From positions 1-27,611 of IMG/VR virus record IMGVR_UViG_3300025132_000220: 27,611 nt of DNA; one strand, 5' to 3'. Below, one piece after another: positions 15,288 to 23,657 of the stretch. Within the stretch, counting starts at the first letter, position 1, and every line of letters starts with the position of its first letter. The notes beneath the pieces are model-generated. The model searched no databases, was not told the DNA's origin, and saw only the letters and a list, made by a program, of their open reading frames with translations. The DNA comes from a virus. Taxonomy: Duplodnaviria; Caudoviricetes. The position numbers were made by a program, and so were the translations under genes.

Positions 15288-16249
15288 TGGAACTAAAGAC
15301 TCAAGCGGATCATATAAAAAACCTTCCAAGGCAATCTGAAGAAGGCCCGTCTAATCTTGAGTCTTATTGCACGGTAGCAACTGGCAACCACGGCTATGAA
15401 GCGGCACTGCTTATGAATAGCATACGCCTTCATTCTGATAAAAAAATCTACCTACTGACAGATGCCTTTGGACATCAATGCTTGGAGGAAGATATCCCAG
15501 ATAACGTAGAAGTCACTGTCATCCCAGATGGGTTCCTTGAAGAAAGGCGTAGTGAGTTCCCCGAAAACTTGGGAGACATATGGCCTGACTGTGCAAGCTG
15601 GGGCAGCTTGTGGAATCCTGCGGAAGGAAGCCTAAAGATGGACATCATGTCTAAGGCCATCAAAGGCAGTGGCAACACATTGTTCCTAGATGCGGATGTG
15701 ATTATGGTGAACCCTATCACGTGCAACTTTCAGCACCCGGTATCACTAAGCCCGCACTTGATAACAGAGGAAGCCTGTCAGGCTTACGGTATTTACAACG
15801 CAGGATATGTGTACTCCAGTGACCCAAGCTTCCCAGAGTTTTGGGCTAACGCATTTAGAAGTGATTCTAAATTCTTAGAGCAGGAGTGCTTAGGGAGAAT
15901 CTACAAACAGTATGACACCTCCTTATTTAGTGAGGCTCATAACTACGGGCTTTGGAAGTCATCCTTTTCTAACATAGACAGCAACAAAGACCAGCTACTT
16001 GCCGAGCTTGGTATGTCAGCAGGAGATGACATCTACCTAAACAAAGAGAGGATGGTTAGCTTTCACGCCCATTTAAAACCGAAAGAAGCGCAACGCCACA
16101 TATCCTACAACCTAGTGAGGGCTTTTTATGAGTGCTTAATTAGATCAAGTAAGGAGTGCCACAACAAGTTAATGAATTTTATATCTGATGTTTTCCTTCC
16201 TAAAGCAACAATGCTTCGGTTAGGGGAGCCTTATCCTGTTACAGTATAA
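15287..16249 (+). CDS. GT-A fold glycosyltransferase (nucleotide-diphospho-sugar transferase-like)
   Basis: SLKMDIM, TLFLDADV (DxD), YNAGYVY, FLEQECL, NYG and SFHAH, in the order seen in GT8/GT77-like enzymes. Confidence 0.75.
   Translation: MELKTQADHIKNLPRQSEEGPSNLESYCTVATGNHGYEAALLMNSIRLHSDKKIYLLTDAFGHQCLEEDIPDNVEVTVIPDGFLEERRSEFPENLGDIWPDCASWGSLWNPAEGSLKMDIMSKAIKGSGNTLFLDADVIMVNPITCNFQHPVSLSPHLITEEACQAYGIYNAGYVYSSDPSFPEFWANAFRSDSKFLEQECLGRIYKQYDTSLFSEAHNYGLWKSSFSNIDSNKDQLLAELGMSAGDDIYLNKERMVSFHAHLKPKEAQRHISYNLVRAFYECLIRSSKECHNKLMNFISDVFLPKATMLRLGEPYPVTV
16231..16249. promoter_or_regulatory. Palindromic motif, copy 2 (TTATCCTGT-T-ACAGTATAA)
   Basis: 19-bp palindrome with one mismatch, ending 2 nt before ATG 16252. 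The core matches 13/15 to ATACTGTGACAGTAT. Confidence 0.6.
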
Positions 16250-16251
16250 CA

Positions 16252-17505
16252 ATGCCTAGTAATATCAGACCCAAAGATTTTGAGAACCATCTCCCCAAGG
16301 AGACGGATACAGTAGCACAGGGTCTAGTTAAGTACGTGCAGTTTGCCATTTTGTTTTGGCGTTGGTTCCGCTCAGAGTTTAAGTCTGATGGGACATTTGG
16401 ACATAACGTAAAGTATGAGATGTGTAAGTCGGGGTGTTTGGAGAAGGAGATTGTTAACCCCGGCAACAACAATGAAGAAGACATAGAAGGGGAAGATGAC
16501 GAGGATGTTCTTCCCGGCCCTATTGCCCCAGAGCCAACAAATCCTGACGCAGGCCAAGGCGGGTGCTGTAAAAAAGTAGAGAACTATGGGGTTCCAGAAA
16601 ATGATTTTGAGTTTCTTACCCTAAGTGAAAGAAGCCCTGACGGCACAACATCTAATGTTGATATACTGTGTGACGGAAACAATCATAAGTTTGTAGGCTT
16701 CACAAACAAGAGAGAGCAAGCCCTTACCCTCACCTCTAATGATAACTGGAGAAAGGCAACTGATAGGTACTTCTTTCACCAAGGGTATTCTGAAGGTGGA
16801 CAAAAACACTTTGATGTAGGCAATGGAAATTATTCGGGAGACGCTAAGGTTGCTATCAAAACAAATACTTGGACTCAAGTTGAGGTTGTTTTGTACGGGA
16901 AGATGGATGAGCTTGAAATACCTAATGGGGTTTCTGATGACGCTCAAGTAACAGGGTATTTCCAAATCAACCCTACGGCTGACGGTAGAAAGTTTAATGT
17001 TAAGCTAGGGAATGGCGGCGACTGGTGTGTAAGAATTATAATCCACACATGGGAGGCGGTCAGGACAGAGCATACGGGATTAATGACAAGAGACTTTAAG
17101 TTTAAAATCCAAACAAAAGTTGATCCACAGTACATAACAGGCAGAAATAAAAATGTGTACTGGAGGAAACGCGCAGATAAGCCTTACTTTTTAAAGTTCT
17201 ACGGGATGAGAATGGTACACCTTGGGTATGGTCAGGCTTCTCTGGCTACATCTCAGACAGGAAACCCTGTTCTTGTTGGGGTAGAAAACCACTTGCGCCC
17301 TGACTTTGTTCTTTATGATGAGCGTTGGCAGAACGATGGTGCAGAGCCGTGCTTCAAGCCAACAAGCGCATGGCTTAGAGGTAAGGCTCAAGCATGGACA
17401 TTTACTTATGACGGACACCTTTCCGGGTACGCACAAATTTATCCTCACAGTACAGTGAACAACCTTAAAATAACATACGATAGTATCAATGGCTTCCCCA
17501 ATTAG
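16252..17505 (+). CDS. Putative tail fibre/spike-type structural protein A
   Basis: N-terminal ~60 aa paralogous to the next gene, acidic/Pro linker, beta-rich C-terminus. Lies in the structural module. Confidence 0.55.
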   Translation: MPSNIRPKDFENHLPKETDTVAQGLVKYVQFAILFWRWFRSEFKSDGTFGHNVKYEMCKSGCLEKEIVNPGNNNEEDIEGEDDEDVLPGPIAPEPTNPDAGQGGCCKKVENYGVPENDFEFLTLSERSPDGTTSNVDILCDGNNHKFVGFTNKREQALTLTSNDNWRKATDRYFFHQGYSEGGQKHFDVGNGNYSGDAKVAIKTNTWTQVEVVLYGKMDELEIPNGVSDDAQVTGYFQINPTADGRKFNVKLGNGGDWCVRIIIHTWEAVRTEHTGLMTRDFKFKIQTKVDPQYITGRNKNVYWRKRADKPYFLKFYGMRMVHLGYGQASLATSQTGNPVLVGVENHLRPDFVLYDERWQNDGAEPCFKPTSAWLRGKAQAWTFTYDGHLSGYAQIYPHSTVNNLKITYDSINGFPN

Positions 17506-19435
17506 ACCAAGTGACATAAAGGATACGCTCCCGTCTACTGACAGTAGTGCGTGTGCAAGATTGAAGAAGGTAATAGTGGACTTTCCGCGCCGAGTATATG
17601 ATTGGTTCAGTTACATATACAATGAGGACGGCACATTCTCTGAAGCCTTTAAGAATGATTTCTGTGAGATTCAATGTGATGACGTAGAGACAGGCGAAGA
17701 GCGTCCTATTGACGTAACAAACCCCGGAGGAAATTTAGAGGCTCCTTTTGTAAAAGCTGGTGCAGCAATGAGGCATAACGGCAGCATTCCGATTGTGTTT
17801 AATAAAGTTGATGGAGCCACAAAGTATGACATCTATCGTGGAACTTCAGATAGCATCACGGCTGCAACCACAAAAAGAATTAGGAAGGACTTACGTGCGG
17901 GATTAAAGAATATGAATGCGCCAAGGACGATGCTTTGTGAGCGCAGGGATGGAACCATATTGTATTTAGATGTTAACGGTGGGCCTGTTTATAACCCTAC
18001 AACAAGGCAGGATGATAAGAACTCTAACAGGGTGGACGGAACTACTCCTTATTATTACTGGGTTGTTGCCAAGAATAACAACGGAGCAAAGAGTGACTTT
18101 GCTGGGCCGGTGATAGGATTTAGCAGGAATGTTACTAACTATTCATCCATAGGAACACCTAAGCTATTGTTCTCAGGGCAAAGTGAAACCCCTACTGGAA
18201 TGTCCTCAAAGAAAAGAATGAGAGTTGTTCTTCGTGGCGGCGGGGGAGGAGGGGGTGCTGGAGGAGATTATGCGCTGGCTACCTTTAATAGATTTCATAT
18301 AACCAACATATCATACACAAGTGGTCAGCCAATAACTTTCACGCTGCACCAAGTTGGTGGCCAAGTTCATAACTTTGATGTGGGGGATCAACTTATTCTA
18401 AGCGGGCAGACTACAGCGGCTTGGAACACTCAAGTTTTAACTGTTAAAGAAATCTTAAACCAATCCAACCAATTTACGTGTGAGCCTATCAATGGACTTG
18501 CCGCCCCTGCTGCAAGCACGGCAATAGACATTCCAAACACCAGCACTAAAACATGGGGTGTAATTTACGCACTTGCTGACGCGCAGCCAACAAGGGTTCC
18601 GGGCGGCGGCGGTGGAGCAGGAGGAATACTTCAAGCTGTTTTTGACATAGACGGCAACAGTGTTACTGGCGTCAGGGTAAGGACGTTTGATTCTGCAAAC
18701 ACAGAAGTATTATTATCCAACTCATCTTCTTTTGGTTCCGGTTATCAAGGAGATGAGTTTACATATATACGTGGAGGGGTAGGCAGACAGTCTGCTTCGG
18801 CAGACCCTACAGCAGGAGAACCAAAAGCTAATGACAGTGTAGCAGGTAAAGCTGCACCTTACAGAACTCAACTTGAAGTTCAAAAAGGGGGATCGTGGTA
18901 TTTAATTGCATGGGTTGCTAACGGAGAAGGAGGAGGCCACGCTGATGCGGACACGACTCAAGGAACGTCTAGCAATGGTGGCGGTGGCTCAAAACAAGTT
19001 TACTGGAAAGCGTCTGATGGCACATTTTCAGCAAGCACAGCCAGCGGTTATTCTTTAAGTCAGTATGGAACTAAAGATCACTCAGGCGTTGCTGCTCTTA
19101 GGACAGATTCCTTTGGTGGGAAAGGAACAATATTTTACCCCGGAGCCGATGGGGTTATGGGAGTTGGTGCTATAACAGCAGGAACCGCTGGATCGCCCGG
19201 AGTTGGAGGCCATGCGTGGGATAGCCTAGAGCCTAAAGCTCCGTCCATAGCAGCAGTAAATACAAACTCATACAAAAGGGTAGCAAACGCATTTGATTTC
19301 AACGCACCCGGAAGTGGGGCTTATGGGTCATTCGGTGATGCCAGTGAGATTCATGGGCCTTTTGCTAATGGCGGTCATGCTTTCGGGGGATGTGCATATA
19401 TTACTTACGCAACATCAGACTATGATACAGCATGA
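17489..19435 (+). CDS. Putative tail fibre/spike-type structural protein B with FN3-like and glycine-rich domains
   Basis: FN3-like segment VDGATKYDIYR...YYYWVVAKNNNGAKSDF. VVLRGGGGGGGAGG and GGGGGAGG motifs are typical of phage Gly-rich tail proteins. Confidence 0.65.
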   Translation: MASPIRPSDIKDTLPSTDSSACARLKKVIVDFPRRVYDWFSYIYNEDGTFSEAFKNDFCEIQCDDVETGEERPIDVTNPGGNLEAPFVKAGAAMRHNGSIPIVFNKVDGATKYDIYRGTSDSITAATTKRIRKDLRAGLKNMNAPRTMLCERRDGTILYLDVNGGPVYNPTTRQDDKNSNRVDGTTPYYYWVVAKNNNGAKSDFAGPVIGFSRNVTNYSSIGTPKLLFSGQSETPTGMSSKKRMRVVLRGGGGGGGAGGDYALATFNRFHITNISYTSGQPITFTLHQVGGQVHNFDVGDQLILSGQTTAAWNTQVLTVKEILNQSNQFTCEPINGLAAPAASTAIDIPNTSTKTWGVIYALADAQPTRVPGGGGGAGGILQAVFDIDGNSVTGVRVRTFDSANTEVLLSNSSSFGSGYQGDEFTYIRGGVGRQSASADPTAGEPKANDSVAGKAAPYRTQLEVQKGGSWYLIAWVANGEGGGHADADTTQGTSSNGGGGSKQVYWKASDGTFSASTASGYSLSQYGTKDHSGVAALRTDSFGGKGTIFYPGADGVMGVGAITAGTAGSPGVGGHAWDSLEPKAPSIAAVNTNSYKRVANAFDFNAPGSGAYGSFGDASEIHGPFANGGHAFGGCAYITYATSDYDTA

Positions 19436-21468
19436 GAACACCACCAGATGCAAAGCTTTATGAACTGCGCCCCCTGACAGGGCCGCTAGACCCTTCTTCT
19501 TCTCCAGATGCAGTGCTTGCTGGAGGACATAGATGGGTACAGAACTTTAGAATTAATTCTGCCGGTGCATTAAGCAGAGCCAACGGGTTCAGAAGGTTAT
19601 TGTACACTGAAGGAGCAACTTACAATAACGCAGATTTACATTGGCAACTAGAGAACACATCTTCGGGCGCAGCGGTTGAAGACCTTAACTTTCTTTTTGA
19701 GGCAGAGATATCTAATGGTGTTACTAAATTACTGGCTGGCTCAAAAGGAAGACTGTACGCGCTCAATATAAAGACAAACAACTGGAAGCTTATAGGTGAG
19801 GGGCTTGCTACGGCAGGGCAATGGAAAGCTGCACAGTTAGGAGAGTTTATTGTTTTGGTTAATGAACACGCCAAGCCTGTTTACTACAAACTTGATCAAC
19901 CGAAAGAGTCACAAAGAACTAACTCAGGTCTTGTTGACAAAGTTAACTCACTGAAAGAAATAGAATCATTCAAGGGGATCGGACTTAACCGAGTTAAGCA
20001 TATTACCGAATGGCGTGGGCTAATGTTTTACGCCAATGTGAATGAAGGAAACGAATGGGTTCCTGACAGGCTTGTGTGGAGTGACTTTAAAAAGCCATTT
20101 GAAATTACACCAAACGTAGAAGATTCCCTAGCAGGATACCAAGACCTTGGCCAAGGTGAAGACATCATAGGAATGGAACCCTTGTCTAATGTCTTACTAG
20201 TCTACACGACTAAAGGCATCTGGCAGTTTGAGATTGCTGGGGGGACTGGGACTGATGTTCTCACGTTCCGTAAAAGATATTCAGATGATGATAGCGGGAA
20301 CATGATTCCTAACTATCCGAATACAATAGTAGCGGCTGGGAATGAACATTTTTATTTGGGCCGGGATGGCATATACTATTACAGTATATACCGGAGTGAG
20401 CCTGTCCGTGATAACTGGCTTCACCTAGCATCCAGCATTATCTTTGACGACATAAACCAATCTAAGTGTGAGCTTCCTATAGCAGCATTCAATGCTAAGA
20501 CAGACGAAATATGGATTAGCTGGCCAAGTAAAGGGGCAACAAAGAATGATAAGACACTAATCATTAATACTAAGTACAAGCACGTATCTTATATGGATGC
20601 GGGCTTTTCTGCTTTCACGAATTTTACCAACCAGAACTACACAAGCATTGCGGAATGGGCTATCAGTAATTGCGTATGTGCTGAAGGAGGAGCAACTCAT
20701 GGAATCCACCAATACAGAGACTCGTCTGAAGGCTCTTCAGTTTGTTCCGGGTCTGAAAACTTTAGCACCACAAGGTGTTCGCCAAACATAAACAATTTAT
20801 TTACCACATCTACTAAGACTTACTCTGACTCTGCTTTCCCAGATGACAACCTAGCTACGGAAGATTGGACTAGTTCTGCTGCGTCAGACACTCTTTATAC
20901 AAAGCTTGGCCTTAACACGTTTGCTGATCTTTGTGATGAATCCTGCCCCGAAGAAGTAAGGTTTGTGATGGTGTGGACTAAAGACAACTGCATAAAGGAA
21001 GACGGGAATCATTTCAAAAGAGAGCGTTGCACAAGCACACACCCGGCTGGGACATCTTCATGTCCCACCTATACTGATGAAGACTTTAACTCAATACTAA
21101 CAAGCCCAGCTTTAAGGCTTAATGATCCCACTAGAAATAAACTATTAAGGACATTTACCTTGGAGTTTGACCATGATCAAGTAGGAGGCCAGATTAGTTT
21201 GAGGATAGGAAACTCAGCACAGGCTGCTGACCCAAACAAGGTGGGATGCGGACTGGTGTGGAGTAAAGCTGGAACCAAGGAAGTCAAATGCGTCACTGAC
21301 TTCAACCGAAACGCTCACACAGCAAATAACACGCGAGCTTCAGAGGAGCTTACTTGGCCTGTCTATGAACAAGGAAGAAACCTTTATTATGAGTTGTCTG
21401 TAAGCGGAACAGCGGGAGCGTTTGAGGCGACAGCTATAAGACTTTATGCCTCAACTAAAAAAGCGTAG
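19432..21468 (+). CDS. Probable tail nozzle/stabilisation protein (P22 gp10 / T7 gp12-like position)
   Basis: 678 aa with beta-propeller-like repeats (NFRINSAGALSRANG, RLVWSD, FYLGRDGIYYY, EIWISWP). Lies upstream of the ejection-type genes. Confidence 0.7.
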   Translation: MRTPPDAKLYELRPLTGPLDPSSSPDAVLAGGHRWVQNFRINSAGALSRANGFRRLLYTEGATYNNADLHWQLENTSSGAAVEDLNFLFEAEISNGVTKLLAGSKGRLYALNIKTNNWKLIGEGLATAGQWKAAQLGEFIVLVNEHAKPVYYKLDQPKESQRTNSGLVDKVNSLKEIESFKGIGLNRVKHITEWRGLMFYANVNEGNEWVPDRLVWSDFKKPFEITPNVEDSLAGYQDLGQGEDIIGMEPLSNVLLVYTTKGIWQFEIAGGTGTDVLTFRKRYSDDDSGNMIPNYPNTIVAAGNEHFYLGRDGIYYYSIYRSEPVRDNWLHLASSIIFDDINQSKCELPIAAFNAKTDEIWISWPSKGATKNDKTLIINTKYKHVSYMDAGFSAFTNFTNQNYTSIAEWAISNCVCAEGGATHGIHQYRDSSEGSSVCSGSENFSTTRCSPNINNLFTTSTKTYSDSAFPDDNLATEDWTSSAASDTLYTKLGLNTFADLCDESCPEEVRFVMVWTKDNCIKEDGNHFKRERCTSTHPAGTSSCPTYTDEDFNSILTSPALRLNDPTRNKLLRTFTLEFDHDQVGGQISLRIGNSAQAADPNKVGCGLVWSKAGTKEVKCVTDFNRNAHTANNTRASEELTWPVYEQGRNLYYELSVSGTAGAFEATAIRLYASTKKA

Positions 21469-21907
21469 TGATGAAGAAGGGCAAAGGGTAGATGAGCTAC
21501 TAACCCAAGCCCAAAGCAGGACTCTTACCCCAGACGAAGTTAAAGAGATCATTTGGATTCTCATTCCATTTATTGATCTCCCTGCATTTTACCTAGACGG
21601 TAAGCAATTCTATTTTGATGCATACCTTGGCTTGCTGTATGAGTATAGAGATGGGGAGAGGCTGTACTTGCAAATTTCTCCAGACAAGTTGTCTTCATTA
21701 ATCGGCACTGGCGGCGGGGCGAACAGGGGTAGCGGCCCCTTTGCAAGACTTGCTGCCGACCCAAGCAGATTGAAAGTACCCTTGCCAGAGTTCCCTAAAG
21801 TTCCAGCTAATGTGAAGTCTAAGTTCCCAGAATTAAAAGATGAGTGGGAGAGATGGGAGGATTCAGTTCAAGATTGGGTCAGAGTTGTTCAGAATCAATT
21901 AAGCTAA
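21446..21907 (+). CDS. Hypothetical structural-module protein (153 aa)
   Basis: ORF track. C-terminal ~43 aa paralogous to the next gene. Confidence 0.65.
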   Translation: MPQLKKRSDEEGQRVDELLTQAQSRTLTPDEVKEIIWILIPFIDLPAFYLDGKQFYFDAYLGLLYEYRDGERLYLQISPDKLSSLIGTGGGANRGSGPFARLAADPSRLKVPLPEFPKVPANVKSKFPELKDEWERWEDSVQDWVRVVQNQLS

Positions 21908-21908
21908 A

Positions 21909-22664
21909 ATGCCAACAGAATCTGAATTAAGCTTATTAACGTGGCCGTTTGACAAAGATTTGTCAGATTTGGATAGGTATGATGACCTCTTGAGAAAGCA
22001 ATCACAGTTTAACGGCATTAATGTAGGTGTAGTTTTCAGCTACTATCAGTACCCTAATACTAGGTTTTCCCTGCAAGACGGAGGTAGAGACAGGCCGTGG
22101 GTTGCGGTGTGGCAAGGGCTTTGTGAATTACTCTTTGCTTTGAGGAGGCCGTGGGAAAACGAAGACAGTGATACAAGCACACTTGGAGAAGGTGGTATTG
22201 TTAAATGGATTTGGGAATACGGGAAAGATGATGGCAATCGCCATGTCTTGCGTGACTTAAACGGGAATCAAACATCATTGCCATTGTACTCTTACTATGA
22301 AGAGCCAGATAAATATGGATGGGTTTTGTATTCTGATCTTGAGTCTTTAATAGCCAAGGGAATTGCCGGGATAACGACCGGCTCGACTGGTATTTTTTTA
22401 GGGGAAAGAGTATCTAGAACGGATATTGATAGTCAGATATTTAAAGCAGAAGGGCCAGAAAGCGGATCAACTGAAGCACAAGCTTCAGTTTCTGGTGGAA
22501 TATCTCAGCCATCCGCTTCAACTCCTATAGATATACCAGTTTTCCCCAAGTGGTCTGATAAGATTAAGGAGAAGTTTCATAGGTCAGTTGATAGGGATAT
22601 GTCTGAATGGGATGATTCTCTAGATAACTGGCAAATTGAACTGCAAACCACCCTTGCAAATTAG
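21909..22664 (+). CDS. Hypothetical structural-module protein (251 aa)
   Basis: ORF track. Shares the P-x-FPK...K-x-KF...W...S...W C-terminus with the previous gene. Confidence 0.65.
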   Translation: MPTESELSLLTWPFDKDLSDLDRYDDLLRKQSQFNGINVGVVFSYYQYPNTRFSLQDGGRDRPWVAVWQGLCELLFALRRPWENEDSDTSTLGEGGIVKWIWEYGKDDGNRHVLRDLNGNQTSLPLYSYYEEPDKYGWVLYSDLESLIAKGIAGITTGSTGIFLGERVSRTDIDSQIFKAEGPESGSTEAQASVSGGISQPSASTPIDIPVFPKWSDKIKEKFHRSVDRDMSEWDDSLDNWQIELQTTLAN

Positions 22665-22682
22665 CCGATAATAACTCCCGTG

Positions 22683-22691
22683 TGGTATTAT
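22683..22691 (+). promoter_or_regulatory. Putative extended -10 (TG-G-TATTAT), leaderless geometry
   Basis: The hexamer at 22686-22691 ends 7 nt before ATG 22699. No SD. Confidence 0.5.
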
Positions 22692-22698
22692 CCTCCGC

Positions 22699-23637
22699 AT
22701 GGCTGTTAATTATTTTGATAGGCTTCAGAGCGGAAAGCAGAATACAAGGAGGTTTTCCGCTCCACTTGCTACCCCTCTAGGACAGCAAACTCAAACCCAG
22801 TCTCCATATGAGACTGTGGCTACCCCAAGGAATCAAGAGCTTGCTGATAGAGTTAAAGATATTATTGGAGGAATAGGCTCTCAACAGAAGAAAGACGCCA
22901 CCGCTCTTAACCGATATGAAAGCGCATTAAACCGTGGCGGGGTAAAAGGATATGCCACGGAAGAAGCGGGTGCTTTATCTAATATTTATGGGGGTGGAAT
23001 GGAGAACAAGCTTTCTGCTTTACGCTCTGAAAGAGCAGACGCAATGCGCCAAGCTGGTGACTTAGCTAGGCAAGGTCTCCGAAGAGACCTAAAGCTTGCA
23101 GGGTTTAGAAGCCGAGGGGGTGCTGGTTCTAGGTTGGACAAGATGGCCGCTGACAGGAGCCAGCAAATTGAGGTAGGGATTGCCAACCAATTAGCCGACC
23201 AAAGCAGGGCAGACTATGACTACCTAAACCGGCTACAGTTGGCAAACATAGGCAGGCGTCAGGGCATTATGGATTCTTTAGCATCCAGAGAATTAATGCC
23301 GATGCAAGCTAGGAACCAGATGATGGGACAACAGCTTAACAGGCTTGGTCAGTTAGGTCAGATTGACAGGACAAATCAGATATACCACCTAGCTGAAACC
23401 CCAGAGTACACGCAGGCCCGCGAGTACCAAGCAGCATTAGAGGCGCAAGGAATGGCTCCAATCCCTCAAGAGAATGCTGGCTTTGTTAATTATGACATGA
23501 GCCAGACAGAGCCTTTTGCAAGGTTCCCTAAACAGCCATTCATGGGGTACGGAGTTAATCCGCTTAATGGTCTTTACGGATATCAGTACGCTGCCCCACT
23601 TTACAACAACTACCCAAGGGTACTTGAGAGAGTTTAA
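22699..23637 (+). CDS. Probable internal virion/ejection protein 1
   Basis: Q/A/G/R-rich, helical, Cys-free. Located after the nozzle gene. Confidence 0.6.
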   Translation: MAVNYFDRLQSGKQNTRRFSAPLATPLGQQTQTQSPYETVATPRNQELADRVKDIIGGIGSQQKKDATALNRYESALNRGGVKGYATEEAGALSNIYGGGMENKLSALRSERADAMRQAGDLARQGLRRDLKLAGFRSRGGAGSRLDKMAADRSQQIEVGIANQLADQSRADYDYLNRLQLANIGRRQGIMDSLASRELMPMQARNQMMGQQLNRLGQLGQIDRTNQIYHLAETPEYTQAREYQAALEAQGMAPIPQENAGFVNYDMSQTEPFARFPKQPFMGYGVNPLNGLYGYQYAAPLYNNYPRVLERV

Positions 23638-23641
23638 CTTT

Positions 23642-23656
23642 ATACTGTGACAGTAT
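23642..23656. promoter_or_regulatory. Palindromic motif ATACTGT-G-ACAGTAT, copy 3
   Basis: Identical to 1650-1664 and again 1 nt before an ATG (23658). Confidence 0.7.
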
Positions 23657-23657
23657 T

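Noticed and set aside
18235-18263. G-rich run as a G-quadruplex or repeat element
   Set aside because: Explained by poly-Gly codons of the glycine-rich tail domain.
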